From: Dendrobates tinctorius
Taxonomy: Eukaryota
NCBI RefSeq assembly: GCF_039654945.1
Contig: NW_027361788.1
Coordinates: 26,288,001-26,352,000 of the forward strand
Reading direction: 5' to 3'
DNA length: 64,000 nt
Positions 35,713 through 47,831 of the stretch are shown in pieces. The position numbers were made by a program, and so were the translations under genes. Each line of letters opens with the position of its first letter. Within the stretch, counting starts at the first letter, position 1. A model generated the notes under the pieces. It did not search any database. It was not told the origin of the DNA and saw only the letters and a program-made list of their open reading frames with translations.

Positions 35713-36127
35713 TGTCATGATCCGGGTCGGGGTTTGCTTTCTGCTTCCCGACCTGGTCAGGTGGGGGTTAACCTTCTCTGTGTGACTGTTCCCCACAGTG
35801 TATGACCTGGCTTGACTTCTGACCTGCCCTTCCGTTCCTATTTTGGATTGTTCTGTCTGGCTCTGACCTTTGGCGTGTTTCTGGCTGTGCTTTCGTCTCG
35901 TCCTCTTGTTACCACGCTCCCGACCGGCTTTTTGACCTCTGGCTTGCTTCAGACCTTGCTCTTGCGTTCCCCTTGTCACTGTGTTCCTGGCTGTTGCTGG
36001 CTTGGCTTGTACGACCTCTCTACTGCCCCCTAGCGGTGTTTGTTCAGCTCTACAGGTCTTTGCTTGAGGTGTGCTCCTGTTACCTCCCTTCCTCGCCCTC
36101 TGGTGGTTGTCCCTGTATTGCACGACA
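35713..36127. mobile_element. Solo LTR (Gypsy-type) nested in DIRS gag
   Basis: GTGT|TGTCATG...CACGACA|GTGT: TG..CA ends, short inverted termini, 4-bp TSD; removal restores RTFPINT|RIK. Confidence 0.85.
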
Positions 36128-38308
36128 GTGTTAATTGGAAAGGTGCGCTTCCTTCTTTCCTCCAGGCCCGCAAACAACATCCTCTAAGGATTTAGGCGTT
36201 TTTTACTCCTTTAGGCCGATTGTTGACCTGACTGCCCTAACCAGTCTATCCGTGTCCTCAGCCGGAAAGCAAGGTCAGCCGCCTACATCACTGTCCGAGG
36301 AGGAGTAGGAGGATGGGGAGGAGGGAGACGGGGATTGCACATATTCCCCACCGGATTGCGAGGCCTCTGAATCCGTGACGAGCCCTCAAGCTCTCTTACT
36401 TCCCTTTTTCAATGCTGACTTTAGGGAACCTTTCACCTCTGCCCTGATTATGGCCGGCCCTAAGGCTTGTGGCGAAGTCAGGGGTCTCTTCCCGTATTGT
36501 TTTTTGTATGAAGTCAGCGCAGAGATCCTTTTTCCACTGAACTGTCAGCGGGGTTTTACAAAGGGCACACTCCTTATTCCTTGTCTTGGTGCTAGCCTTC
36601 CTAGGCCCCTAGTAATTAAGCAGAAAATGGCTCCTATTAACAAGAAAAGTGATATTCTCGTAGATCACTCACCACCTGCTGTCAATCAAGGGTACCGGAT
36701 TCGGAGGCTGATCAGGGGTACGAACAATGTCTCCTCCTGGATACCGTGGAGTCCCGCGATCTCTGTGTGGGACGACTGCCATTCCTGGCACTCGAGCAGC
36801 TGCTCCTCTTAGTACACCCAAGCTGGTGACCAGGCATAGACACTGGTGAATGCTCCTGCTGCTGTAAGAGCAGCTGCTGCTGTCCACTGTGATCCTCCAT
36901 AATGCGGAGCTTCGGACTTGAGTGCCTCTTCTGTGGACATCCCTCCTTATAAGAGGGATCCACTTTGCTTCTCACCTCCTCCGGTGACCAATCCATGCCC
37001 CTTCCCCCTCCAGCCGCCCTGTCGAGACGTGTCAAGTATTCACGCGCCCCAGCAGGCATTTTCGCTATGGGTGCTGCCATCTTGGCTCTGGCGCACACCC
37101 CATGTCACGCAGGCACACCCATTACCAGCGTGCCTCACGTGCGACGTCAGCTGCGCACTCCCCTGGAAGCCTGGCTCACTATGGAGCGGCAGGCAGAGGA
37201 GGGAGAGCAGCGCGGTAGCCGCAGACTAGTCACTGGGCTCATGACTGCGCCGCTCCATGCCCGCACATACGTCGAGGTCCCATAGGACCTGCGGACGGCG
37301 CTTCCACCACCCGAAGGCTGGCATACAGGCGCTCTGCCTGTTCTTCCAGTGCCTGGATAGGCATGGATGAGTAAAATTCTTCAAACCGCTGAGTTTTCAG
37401 CACGAGGGTCCCCGTCAGGACAGGAAACCCAACTGAAGAAAGGGAGAGGTAATGCCCTTTTATGTCAGTAGGTTTACTATCCTGGCTGGGCGGATCCCTC
37501 TCTCAGGTGTGCTGTCATGGGTGAAGGGAAAAAAAGCTTTACTTAAACACAAAAATTATAAGGCTCATTTTGAGTTACAAAAAGACATGTATGACTCCCG
37601 AAATGTATTGAGGAAGTTGCTGTAGTCAGATGATACCAAAATTTAACTTTTTGGCCACCAAGCTATGTCTGGCGCCAAACCAACACAGTTCATCACCAGA
37701 AGAACACCATCCTCACAGTGAAACATGTTGATGGCAGCATCATGCTGTGGGGATCTTTTCGGCAGCAGGAATATGGTCCAAGTCAAGGGAGAAGATGGAT
37801 GGTGCGAAATACAGGGATATTCTTGAGCAAAACCTGTTTCAGTCTGTCAGTGATTTGAGACCGGGACAGAGGTACAGCTTCCAACAAGACAATGTTGCTA
37901 AAGCAACACTTGAGTAATTTAAAGGGAAAAGTGTAAATGTTTTGGAGTGGCCTAGTCAAAACCCAGACCTTAATCCAATTGAGAATCTATGGTCAGACTT
38001 AAAGATTGCTGTTTACCATAGGAAACTATCTTAGTTGGAGGAACTAGAGGAGTTTTGCCTTGAGGAATGGGCAAAAATCACAGTGGCAAGATGTGAAAAG
38101 CTCATAGAGACTCATCCAAAGAGACGTGCTGCTGTAATTGCAGCAAAAGAAGGCTCTACAAAGTACTGACTTTAGGGGGGTGAACAGATATGCAGACTGA
38201 AGTTTTCATCACTTTTGTCCTATTTGTTGTCCGCTTCACAACGAAAAGGAAACCAAATGATCAGTTGTAGGCATGTTCTTTACATGAACTGATGCAAACC
38301 TGCAAACC

Positions 38309-38341
<33 letters not shown>

Positions 38342-40391
38342 AAATTCCAGGTTGAGAGTTAGCAAAGGGGAATGGAGTGGGGAGGGTGTGTGAATACTTT
38401 TGCAAGTCACTATATATACACATTTTTAATTTTCTTCTAACTTTGCAACTTATAATGTATATTTTAATGTATGTATTTGTATTTTAATAATAAGGGTTTA
38501 ATCAGTTGTTAGACTGAAATTTCTGTGGGGCTTCATACTGAGTGTGTGTGCGGAGGGGTGAGTGGAGGGAGGGGTTGTGTGGTCCTTGAAATTGTGTGAG
38601 GGGGTAGTGGGGCATCATACTGTTTTGGGAGATCTGCGTGAGCATCAAACTGTGTGTGTGTTTGTGGGGGGGACTCTGAGGCATAATACTGAGTGCGGGA
38701 GGGAAATGTGGAGGCATAATACTGAGTGTGGGAGGTCATTATACTGTGTGTGGGGGGCACTTTAGGGGCTTCATAAGGTGTTGAGTTGATGCAAGTTATA
38801 TTAAACCGTATTGGACAGACTTAGTGGGTTTTATGAGGTGTTGGGCACACAGTGGTGGTATCGTGTCAGAGGTACTGTGGGGTATAGAGTGTTGCGGGTA
38901 TTGGCAGCATTATACAGTGTTAGGAGCACTGTGGGGTTAGGATTGGTGAATTCTTTTTTTTTTTTTTTTAAACTGTGAAAGTCTATTACAAACTGAACAA
39001 ACAGAAGAAAAAAATGACATTTATAGGAGACTGATAAATTATTGGTCGCTGGGGGTCCAACTGCTGGGACCTGGCCCGATCTGCAGAATGGAGCACTATT
39101 ATTCACATTGGAATGGAGAGGTAATGCACATGCTTGACCGCTGCTCAGTTCATTCTCTAAGTGGCTGCCGGGTGCTGTGCTTAGCCTATTCCAGCAGTCC
39201 CATTGAGAATAAATGGAACGGTGATTGGGCACCTTGGTTCTAGTTTGCAGCAAGGGATAAAAATTTCCAATTCTACAGATCGGTGCGGGTCCAAGCAGTT
39301 GGACCCCATTGATCAGTAAGTTATCACCTATCCTGTGGGTAGGCAATAGGTTGCCAGGTGAAAGCAAGTTAAGTTTATGTCATGATCAATTTGAATACTG
39401 CAGCAAAGAAATCCTCACAGAGCAATATAGCAGTACTTGTAGTGCCTATAGGCCTGTACTATGGACCCGCAGGTATTGCTATGCATGTTCTACGTCTTGG
39501 CGCTTAGTGGTGTTATGGAAATTTGGCAAGTTCAATCACTGGACACTCCCTATTCTCTCTTGATGGGGTAGGGAAGAAAATCAGGCCGACAATGTAAATG
39601 GGGAGCCTAATCGTCAATATCCAGATACAGAAATCTGTGTGGCAGGGTCCTTACACTGAAAAGTTATGTTAGGTGTCCAGTTACCCGTAATACTGAAATG
39701 AATAGCAATTATAGCACCGTGTAAACGACCTTAACATAAGATTTGCAAACTATTGCTTCTACGAACAGCCTGTGATCAACTGGCAAATGAGCAAGAAGAG
39801 TGCTTGTAGGGTGATCAGATCACTTATGCCAGGAAATAAATTATTATTGTAGGCAGCTATAAATGGGGGATGAGCTGCTGAAAACATTATACAGAATGGC
39901 GATTTCATCGGTCCCTGTGAACGGGACAGTAAATGAGCGCTGATTGATTTCACAATTGTGGACGTGCCCTACACAGGTGCCATTGTCTCATTAATGCTGA
40001 CAGGATAACGACATGATATAATGACAAGAGGAATTGTAATACCAAGTTCATCCCATATTTTAAGGAGGAAATGCACAATGCTGAATTGTATGAAAAGATG
40101 CACCACAATAGTTAGTTATACTGGAAAACAGATTTCAGAAGGGCGGACAAATCCTCTGTGTGTCTGTAAGAGGCAAGTTATGGTTAATAGATTTCTGCAG
40201 TTAATGCAGGAATCTATTCTGATTTCCATATCTGGAATTCCTTAAGGGTTTTTTTCCCATCACAGACAAGATGATGCAGCTGCGGGGTGATCAGCTAATC
40301 CCGCTCCAGGCACCCCTGGCAAACATCCGAATTTAAGGGCGGAAGCTATGGCCAGCCAGGTGTACGATATCACATGACGGGCATTTACTTA

Positions 40392-42000
40392 CAGTGGGTA
40401 TAGAAAGTATTCAGACCCCTTTAAATTTTTCGCTATGTTTCATTGCAGCCATTTGGTAAATTCAAAAAAGTTCATTTTTTCTCATTAATGTACACACTGC
40501 ACCCCATCTTGACTGAAAAAAACAGAAATGTAGAAATTTTTGCAAATTTGTTAAAAAAGAAAAACTGAAATATCACATGGTCATAAGTATTCAGACCCTT
40601 TGCTCAGTATTGAGTAGATGCTCCCTTTTGAGCTAGTACAGCCATGGGTCTTCTTGGAAATGATGCAACAAGTTTTTCACACCTGGATTTGGGGATCCTC
40701 TGCCATTCTTCCTTGCAGATCCTCTCCAGTTCTGTCAGGTTGGATGGTGAACGTTGGTGGACAGCCATTTTCAGGTCTCTCCAGAGATGCTCAATTGGGT
40801 TTAGGTCAGGGCTCTGGCTGGGCCAGTCAAGAATGGTCACAGAGTTGTTCTGAAGCCACTCCTTTGTTATTTCAGCTGTGTGCTTAGGGTCATTGTCTTG
40901 TTGGAAGGTGACCCTTTGGCCAAGTCTAAGGTCCAGAGTACTCTGGAAGAGGTTTTCATCCAGGATATCTCTGTACTTGGTCGCATTCATGTTTCCTTCA
41001 ATTGCAATGAGTGATCTTCTCACTGCAGCTGAAAAACACCCCCATAACATGTTTCACTGTTGGGATTGTATTGGGCCGGTCATGAGCAGTGCCTGGTTTT
41101 CTCCACACATACCGCTTAGAATTATCACCAAAAAGTTCTAAGTTCGTCTCATCAGACCAGAGAATCTTATTTCTCATAGTCTCCAAGTCCTTCATGTGTT
41201 TTTTTTAGCAAACTCTATGTGGGCTTTAATATGTCTGGCACTGATTAGAGGCTTCGATCGGTCCACTCTGCCATAAAGGCCCGACTGGTCGAGGTCTGCA
41301 GTAATAGTTGACTTTGTGGAACTTTCTCCCATCTCCCTACTGCATCTGTGGAGCTCAGCCACAGTGATCTTGGGGTTCTTCTTTATCTCTCTCACCAAGG
41401 CTCATCTCCCACGATTGCTCAGTTTGGCTGGACGGCCAGGTCTAGGAAGACTTCTGGTGGTCCCAAACTTCTCCCATTTAAGGATTATGGAGGCCACTGT
41501 GCTCTTAGGAACATTGAGTACTGCAGAAATTCTTTTGTAACCTTGGCCAGATCTGTGTCTTGCCACAATTCTGTATCTGAGCTCTTTGGCCAGTTCCTTT
41601 GACCTCATGATTCTCATTTGGTCTGACATGCACTGTGTGGTCTTATGTAGACAGGTGTGTGCCTTTACAAATCAAGTCCTATCAGTTTAATTAAACACAG
41701 CTGGACTCCAATGAAGGAGCAGAACCATCTCAAGGAGGATCACGAGGAAATGGACAGCATGTGACTTAAATATGAGTGTCCTAGCAAAGGGTCTGAATAC
41801 TTATGACCATGTGATATTTCAGTTTTTCTTTTTTAATAAATTTGCAAAAATTTCTACATTTCTGTTTTTTTTCAGTCAAGATGAGGTGCAGAGAGTACAT
41901 TAATGAAAAAAAAAAAGAACTTTTTTGAATTTACCAAATGGCTGCAATGAAACAAAGAGTGAAAAATGTAAAGGGGTCTGAATACCTTCCGTACCCACTG
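40392..42000 (-). mobile_element. Full-length IR/DR Tc1 transposon with frameshifted DD34E transposase (40604-41629)
   Basis: TA|CAGTGGGTATAGAAAGTATTCAGACCCC ... GGGGTCTGAATACCTTCCGTACCCACTG|TA; ORF broken into four pieces. Confidence 0.93.
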
Positions 42001-43165
42001 TAAATGTCCGTCCTTGTAATATAAGGACTACTCGAGTCCGCCAGAAAAGAAACTTCTCCAACAGAGTGACTCTCCATTCTGGATCATAGTAAGGGGTCCT
42101 GAAACACTCTGACATCTACATATCCAATTAGGGCATGTGTTCATAAAGCAAGCCTTTAAAATATGGGAACAATTGGCTTTTGCCTCACGGATGGATTTAA
42201 GTTTTTTTCAGCCTTACTATTTTGCTACGTACATTATTCATACTCCTCTCCATGGGTCCTGATCAGCTGCAATGGTGGCCACTTTGGTAATGTGTGCCCT
42301 CGTCACCTTAAATTCCTAGGTAATCTGAACAGATGAGGACTAATCTGACAGCGGAGTTGATTTGTGGAAGCATTATAATCAGGGGTGTAAAACCTGAAGC
42401 GACTTCTGTCTTACCACCAGACATGCACAGGAGATGTCAAACATATGGCATTGTGAATTTCCGTTGCAGACCTGATTGAATAGTAAAGCAGGGAAGCGAC
42501 AGGAGAAGGAGTCTCCGTGCTGTGTGCACAAACATCCCGATGTATGGCTCAGTAATCAGATGTATATCCAAGTCAGCTCATTCTGATCTTCAGTAGACGC
42601 TTGGAGGCCAGGGATGAATTATGCAACGTAATCAAAACATAATATTACTGTCACGTCCCGACTTCTGCTCGTGGCACGGCCAGAAAAAGCACACAGTCAC
42701 CTCGTATCTGCCAGCTGAGTGTTTATCCCACGTAAAGTCTTAGCCGGCGGCTCGGTCCCATAAATGGAAAAGCTTTCTTTATTTCATTTTTTTTTGTTTT
42801 TAAAAAGGCGACTGAAATAAACATTCAGCCCTATTTCTACTGGCAGAGATCTGCAGTCCTGTGAACAGGTCCTTGTTCTAAATAGCGAGCTTGAATATTA
42901 GTTACGAGACTCATCATGGTGGTATAATCTGTGTAGTTGGCATAGAGTACTACACCTCTCACCATCTTCACCAGTCAGCTGGCTGTCATGTTGGGAGGTG
43001 CAGTATAACAGTCAAAGATGCACATCTTAAATAGGACCAGAGGCGCAAAACAAAAAATTAAATGTATATGACAAAAGCTGCACACATTATCTGTATATAT
43101 TGGATTCCCCAATCAGCAGCGCCGATGCGTATTATGGAATAGGTAGCACCTGAAAGGGCACTTAC

Positions 43166-43219
43166 CTTGGTACCTGGTAGCCCAGATCCTCCCGTTGGTC
43201 CATCAGGGCCTCTGGCACC
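43166..43219 (-). CDS. col27a1: Collagen XXVII exon, 54 bp (first exon in the window)
   Basis: tttcag|GARGPDGPTGGSGLPGTK|gtaagt; recalled human GPRGPDGPAGEQGSRGLK. Confidence 0.88.
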
Positions 43220-43899
43220 CTGAAAAAGAGGAGAGATGAGATGTAATATGAATAGTGACCAGCAGGTGTCTCCCATGTTCCACTTATAGCTGCTTTACAT
43301 AGGGCCCAAGTCAAAAGCCCCCTTGTCCTGCAATCCTCCCACTTGTAGCCCAGGCGCTTAACCTTCCTCCCCCACTCCTTTCCCCTCAGTCTGCTTGGTG
43401 AGGGGCGAAGAAAAAAAAAAAAAGAAAAAAAAGAAACTGCTTTCAGGAAAACAAACAGCTGTGTCCTTTTACTCTCATCCAGGGGCCGGCCCCTGATCAC
43501 AGATTTCTCACTAAGCCAGGCTGCAAATTTCTCCTGATCAGCATCACATAGAGAAGACTGAAAAGACGGGAAAAGATATTAAATTAGGGTTAGGTGTCTT
43601 TGAGCGGGTGCTTAGTAGGAGAAGCTAAAGAGAATGACCAAATTACATAGTCAGCATCTACCGAGCCCCAGGGCACAAAGAGGGAGCCAAATATTAAGTG
43701 GCACAGTACCCGCAATAAAAGTTAATATAAAGAGCGAAGAAGGAAGTTGCATAAGTAGTAGTAAAAGTAGTACAATCTGACTTGTGTGACCCTTTTATTC
43801 ATGGCTTCTATAGCAGATGTCAATGTCTAGCCAGGATCTAGCCTAAGAGATGAGCTCAAAACTGAAGATCTGATTGAATATGAAGAAGGGAAATGGGGG

Positions 43900-44060
43900 A
43901 GGAGTTAGATTAGGAAATGTAATAGACCTGCCTAGAGAGATGTGCTTAAAACTGAGGATTTGAATTAGCATAATTGTATGGGGTAGCGCATTCAAGATAA
44001 TCGGTGCAGCACGTGAAGAGTCTTGGAGATGGGAGTAGGAAGTTTGGATTATCACAAAAG
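43900..44060 (-). mobile_element. Short decayed L2 fragment
   Basis: SHLQDSSRAAPIILNALPHTI resembles the L2 C-terminus at 2450-2520. Confidence 0.55.
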
Positions 44061-45502
44061 TTAGTAGCGGTTTTCTAAATAGGCAGTTTTCATTAACACA
44101 CAGGTATGGAAAGAAACATATGAGGGAAGAGACCATCGGGGCCATGTAAGAAAGTTAAAGGCCAGCTGCACCTAGACTGTTTCACTTGAATCCAAGTTCA
44201 TTAACAGATCCTGGGAGCGGACACTAATCAGTGTACAGATACATGCTGTTTTTGCTCCGTGCAGATATTATTTGATCAGTGGGGGTGGAGAGCTCATGCT
44301 TGTCCTGATGAATCCCTTTAAGAATAAGACGTTATAAGCAAAGTCAGCCATTTAATTGGTATTTTCTGTCCTCTCATTCCTTATATGTCTGCGGAGGTTT
44401 CTCCATCAATCCTCTCCTTTGTCAGCTTCACCTCTTCTGACATCCAAAATACATCAATATGGAACATTTTTTTCTTTACTGCATTCTCCATTCCTGGTAT
44501 TCCGCCGAGAAATACATTAAAAAATTGACAACTTGGAGTTAACAATTGGGGATTTGCCCCTACGCAATTTGACATGCTGAGCATTGATTAGAAAGGCTCA
44601 TAATGCACAGGAACACACCATCAACTGGTAACACCCAGTTGTCAGTGTATGTATTTTTATGTTTCCAAAAGAAAATTATATGATAAAGACCAGGACAGAG
44701 GTTGTCACGTTAATCGGTAGAGCCACTTTCCATGTAGCTGAATGGATAACCCCATTAATCTGCCGACTACTGTGACATATATTCTGCTGCTTTATAAACA
44801 TCTGCACAGACTCTGCTACGTCTCAGTATGTCTGAAGTATTTTTGTATGGTATATATTTCCAGCTACAGGGCAACTGATTGAACTGTGACATTTCACTGA
44901 CAGGTCTGTCTGTCTTGCAGGTGGTCTATAAGTGCAACGTGCCCTCTGGCAGTAGAAGGGTTACATGGAGCATTTCAGGGATACGGGCCTCAATTCTGGT
45001 TTCCTTCCTATAGTAAGCCGACGACATTTGGATCCTGCAAGCAGTGAACTCTTTATGGAAAGCATGAGTCGTCCGTGTCTATGCAGGAACATGGATTTGC
45101 ACTTACATAAAGCTGACGGATATATTCGGGGGTCAGGGAGATTACACTTGTACAATTGCTAGGAATAGGAAAATGTACGAAGGCCATCACCTCATCTTTT
45201 CCTGCAAAATACAAATGCCAAGCCATGCATGCCTGGATGCTATAAACCTATAAGGCATGGAAAGAATGAACTAAGCGGTGCTGACGAACTGTGCTCTACA
45301 TGCGTCACAACTCTCATATAATCATCCAACTTATTGCTAGAAATGGTTGCTGATTCTAAACATTTTTCTATTACGGTAATTATGGCAATACTAAGCACTT
45401 GGCATTAGTGTTTTCTTATCATATCATTGGTTTGGTAGATAAAAACAAATTCCCCTGTGTGATGGTAGCGTTACTGAGCATGTGCAATCACTACTCCATT
45501 AA

Positions 45503-45720
45503 AGGGGCTGTCCACTACTCAGGTAACCCCTTCTGGATGCCTAGCTTTTAACCCAGTTAAATAAAAATACATATTCCCCTCCGTTCCTGCGGTGCATTGG
45601 GAGAGCCAGTGCTGACACCGCTAGAGCGACGCTGGCACCAGAGGTGAGTATAAGTGTTATTATTTTACTTGGGGGGAAACAGAGAATCAGAAGGGGTTGT
45701 CAGAGTAGTGGACAGCCCCT
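45503..45720. mobile_element. T2/Kolobok-type MITE
   Basis: TTAA|AGGGGCTGTCCACTACTC ... GAGTAGTGGACAGCCCCT|TTCA. Confidence 0.75.
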
Positions 45721-46559
45721 TTCATGGTCTAAAATTGCAAAAGGCCGCTAATATGCACCAGCTTCAGACTGACAGATTTGCGTGTAGATTCTGCTCAGAA
45801 ATCCATTTCAAATCTAATGTAGGTGAATGGCGTTTCCTTGACCCCATTCACTTGCGACCTAAAAGATTTTTGGTGCCGCTACAGAAAAAAAATTCCATAT
45901 GGAAAAGTCAAAAGTCATTCACCTGCACAATTCGTGGCAGAAATCTGAGGTTCAGTTTCTGATTTCTGCTGTACAAGTACAGATTTGAGATAAATTTTGT
46001 GGAATCTCTAGCAGAAATGCACCCCGATGTTTTAACAAGCCCAACTAGAAATCATACTATAGCTATATTTTGAGCAGGGACAACCAATTTCTCCTGGACT
46101 CTGATGCCCGAGGATCACGGTGTTATAAACGGCACAAGGAATGTGGGGGACCCTAACAGAATTTGCATTGAGGCCTCCAAACAGCCTTTTTTATGGAAGA
46201 AATCATCACTACAGAAATAGGCGATCGTATAATGCTCCTTTCCATATTCTGACAAAACCAAAACCCAGGTGCAAATTTTGGCAAACGTATCTTCCAGAAC
46301 CAAAAGTAAGGCCGGGGTCACACTAACCGGCGCAAAATACGGTCCGTAGTTTACAGGCGTAATACGGATGAATGACCCCTAAATAGTGCTCCGTAGGTCA
46401 TCCGTAAGCAAGGTGTGGTTGCGTATTTTGCGCATGTAAGCATCCGTATGCAATCCGTATGGCGAGATTTTCTCGCCGCCTTGCAAAATGGACATATAAT
46501 GGAGCCCTATGACAGGGTTTTTAACAGAAACGAAATAATAGATATAGACACATAGAATG

Positions 46560-46595
<36 letters not shown>

Positions 46596-46598
<3 letters not shown>

Positions 46599-47815
46599 TC
46601 ACTGGCCACTTTATTAGGTACACCTGTCCAACTGTGTGTTAAGACTTAATTTCTAATCAGCCAATCACATGGCGGCAACTCAGTGCATTTAGGCATGTAG
46701 ACATGGTCAAGACAATCTCCTGCAGTTCAAACCGAGCATCAGTATGGGGAAGAAAGGTGATTTGAGTGCCTTTGAACGTGGCATGATTGTTGGTGCCAGA
46801 AGGGCTGGTCTGAGAATTTCAGAAACTGCTGATCTACTGGGATTTTCACGCACAACCATCTCTAGGGTTTACAGAGAATGGTCCGAAAAAAAAAAAAATC
46901 CAGTGAGCGGCAGTTCTGTGGCCGGAAATGCCATGTTGATGCCAGAGGTCAGAGGAGAATGGGCAGACTGGTTCGAGCTGATAGAAAGGCAACAGTGACT
47001 CAAATTGCCACCCGTTACAACCAAGGTAGGCAGAAGAGCATCTCTGAACGCACAGTGCGTCGAACTTTGAGGCAGATGGGCTACAGCAGCAGAAGACCAC
47101 ACTGGGTACCACTCCTCTCAGCTAAGAACAGGAAACTGAGGCTAAAATTTGCACAAGCTCATCGAAATTGGACAGTAGAAGATTGTAAAAACGTTGCCTG
47201 GTCTGATGAGTCTCGATTTCTGCTGCGACATTCGGATGGTAGGGTCAGAATTTGGCGTAAACAACCTGAAAGCATGGATCCATCCTGCCTTGTATCAACG
47301 GTTCAGGCTGGTGGTGGTGGTGTCATGGTGTGGGGAATTTTTTCTGGGCACTCTTTGGGCCCCTTGGTACCAATTGAGCATCGTTGCAACGCCACAGCCT
47401 ACCTGAGTATTGTTGCTGACCATGTCCATCCCTTTATGACCACAATGTACCCAACATCTGATGGCTACTTTCAGCAGGATAATGCGCCATGTCATAAAGC
47501 TCGAATCATCTCAGATTGGTTTCTTGAACATGACAATGAGTTTACTGTACTGAAATGGCCTCCTCAGTCACCAGATCTCAATCCAATAGAGCATCTTTGG
47601 GATGTGGTGGAACGGGAGATTCGCATCAGGGATGTGCAGCCGACAAATCTGCGCCAACTGTGTGATGCCATCATGTCAATATGGTCCAAAATCTCTGAGG
47701 AATGCTTCCAGCACCTTGTTGAATCTCTGCCACGAAGAATTGAGGCAGTTCTGAAGGCAAAAGGGGGTCCAACCCCTTACTAGCATGGTGTACCTAATAA
47801 AGTGGCCAGTGAGTG
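46596..47815 (+). mobile_element. DD36E (Incomer-type) Tc1 transposon, copy A, 1-nt frameshift in an A-run at ~46890
   Basis: 29-bp TIR CACTCACTGGCCACTTTATTAGGTACACC, TA flanks, 1220 bp. Confidence 0.93.
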
Positions 47816-47831
47816 TATATATATATATATA

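Larger units (their letters stand above)
30323..37533 (-). mobile_element. DIRS1-type tyrosine-recombinase retrotransposon, full-length but inactivated
   Basis: Inverted terminal repeats (30350-30455 vs 37425-37533); internal complementary region 30570-30652; gag-like peptide, RT LPFGLSVAPKVFTK...PYLDDFL, RNase H/methyltransferase IDLFAS...FLIAPFWP, YR AHSTRAMA...ICKAAT. Confidence 0.92.
29752..38411 (+). mobile_element. Decayed Passport-like Tc1 element split by the DIRS insertion
   Basis: MKTKEMSKQARDKVVE at 29973; reading resumes at ~37535 with TVKH...GSIMLWG and [15 protein letters not shown]; right end GTGAATACTTTTGCAAGTCAC. Confidence 0.8.
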
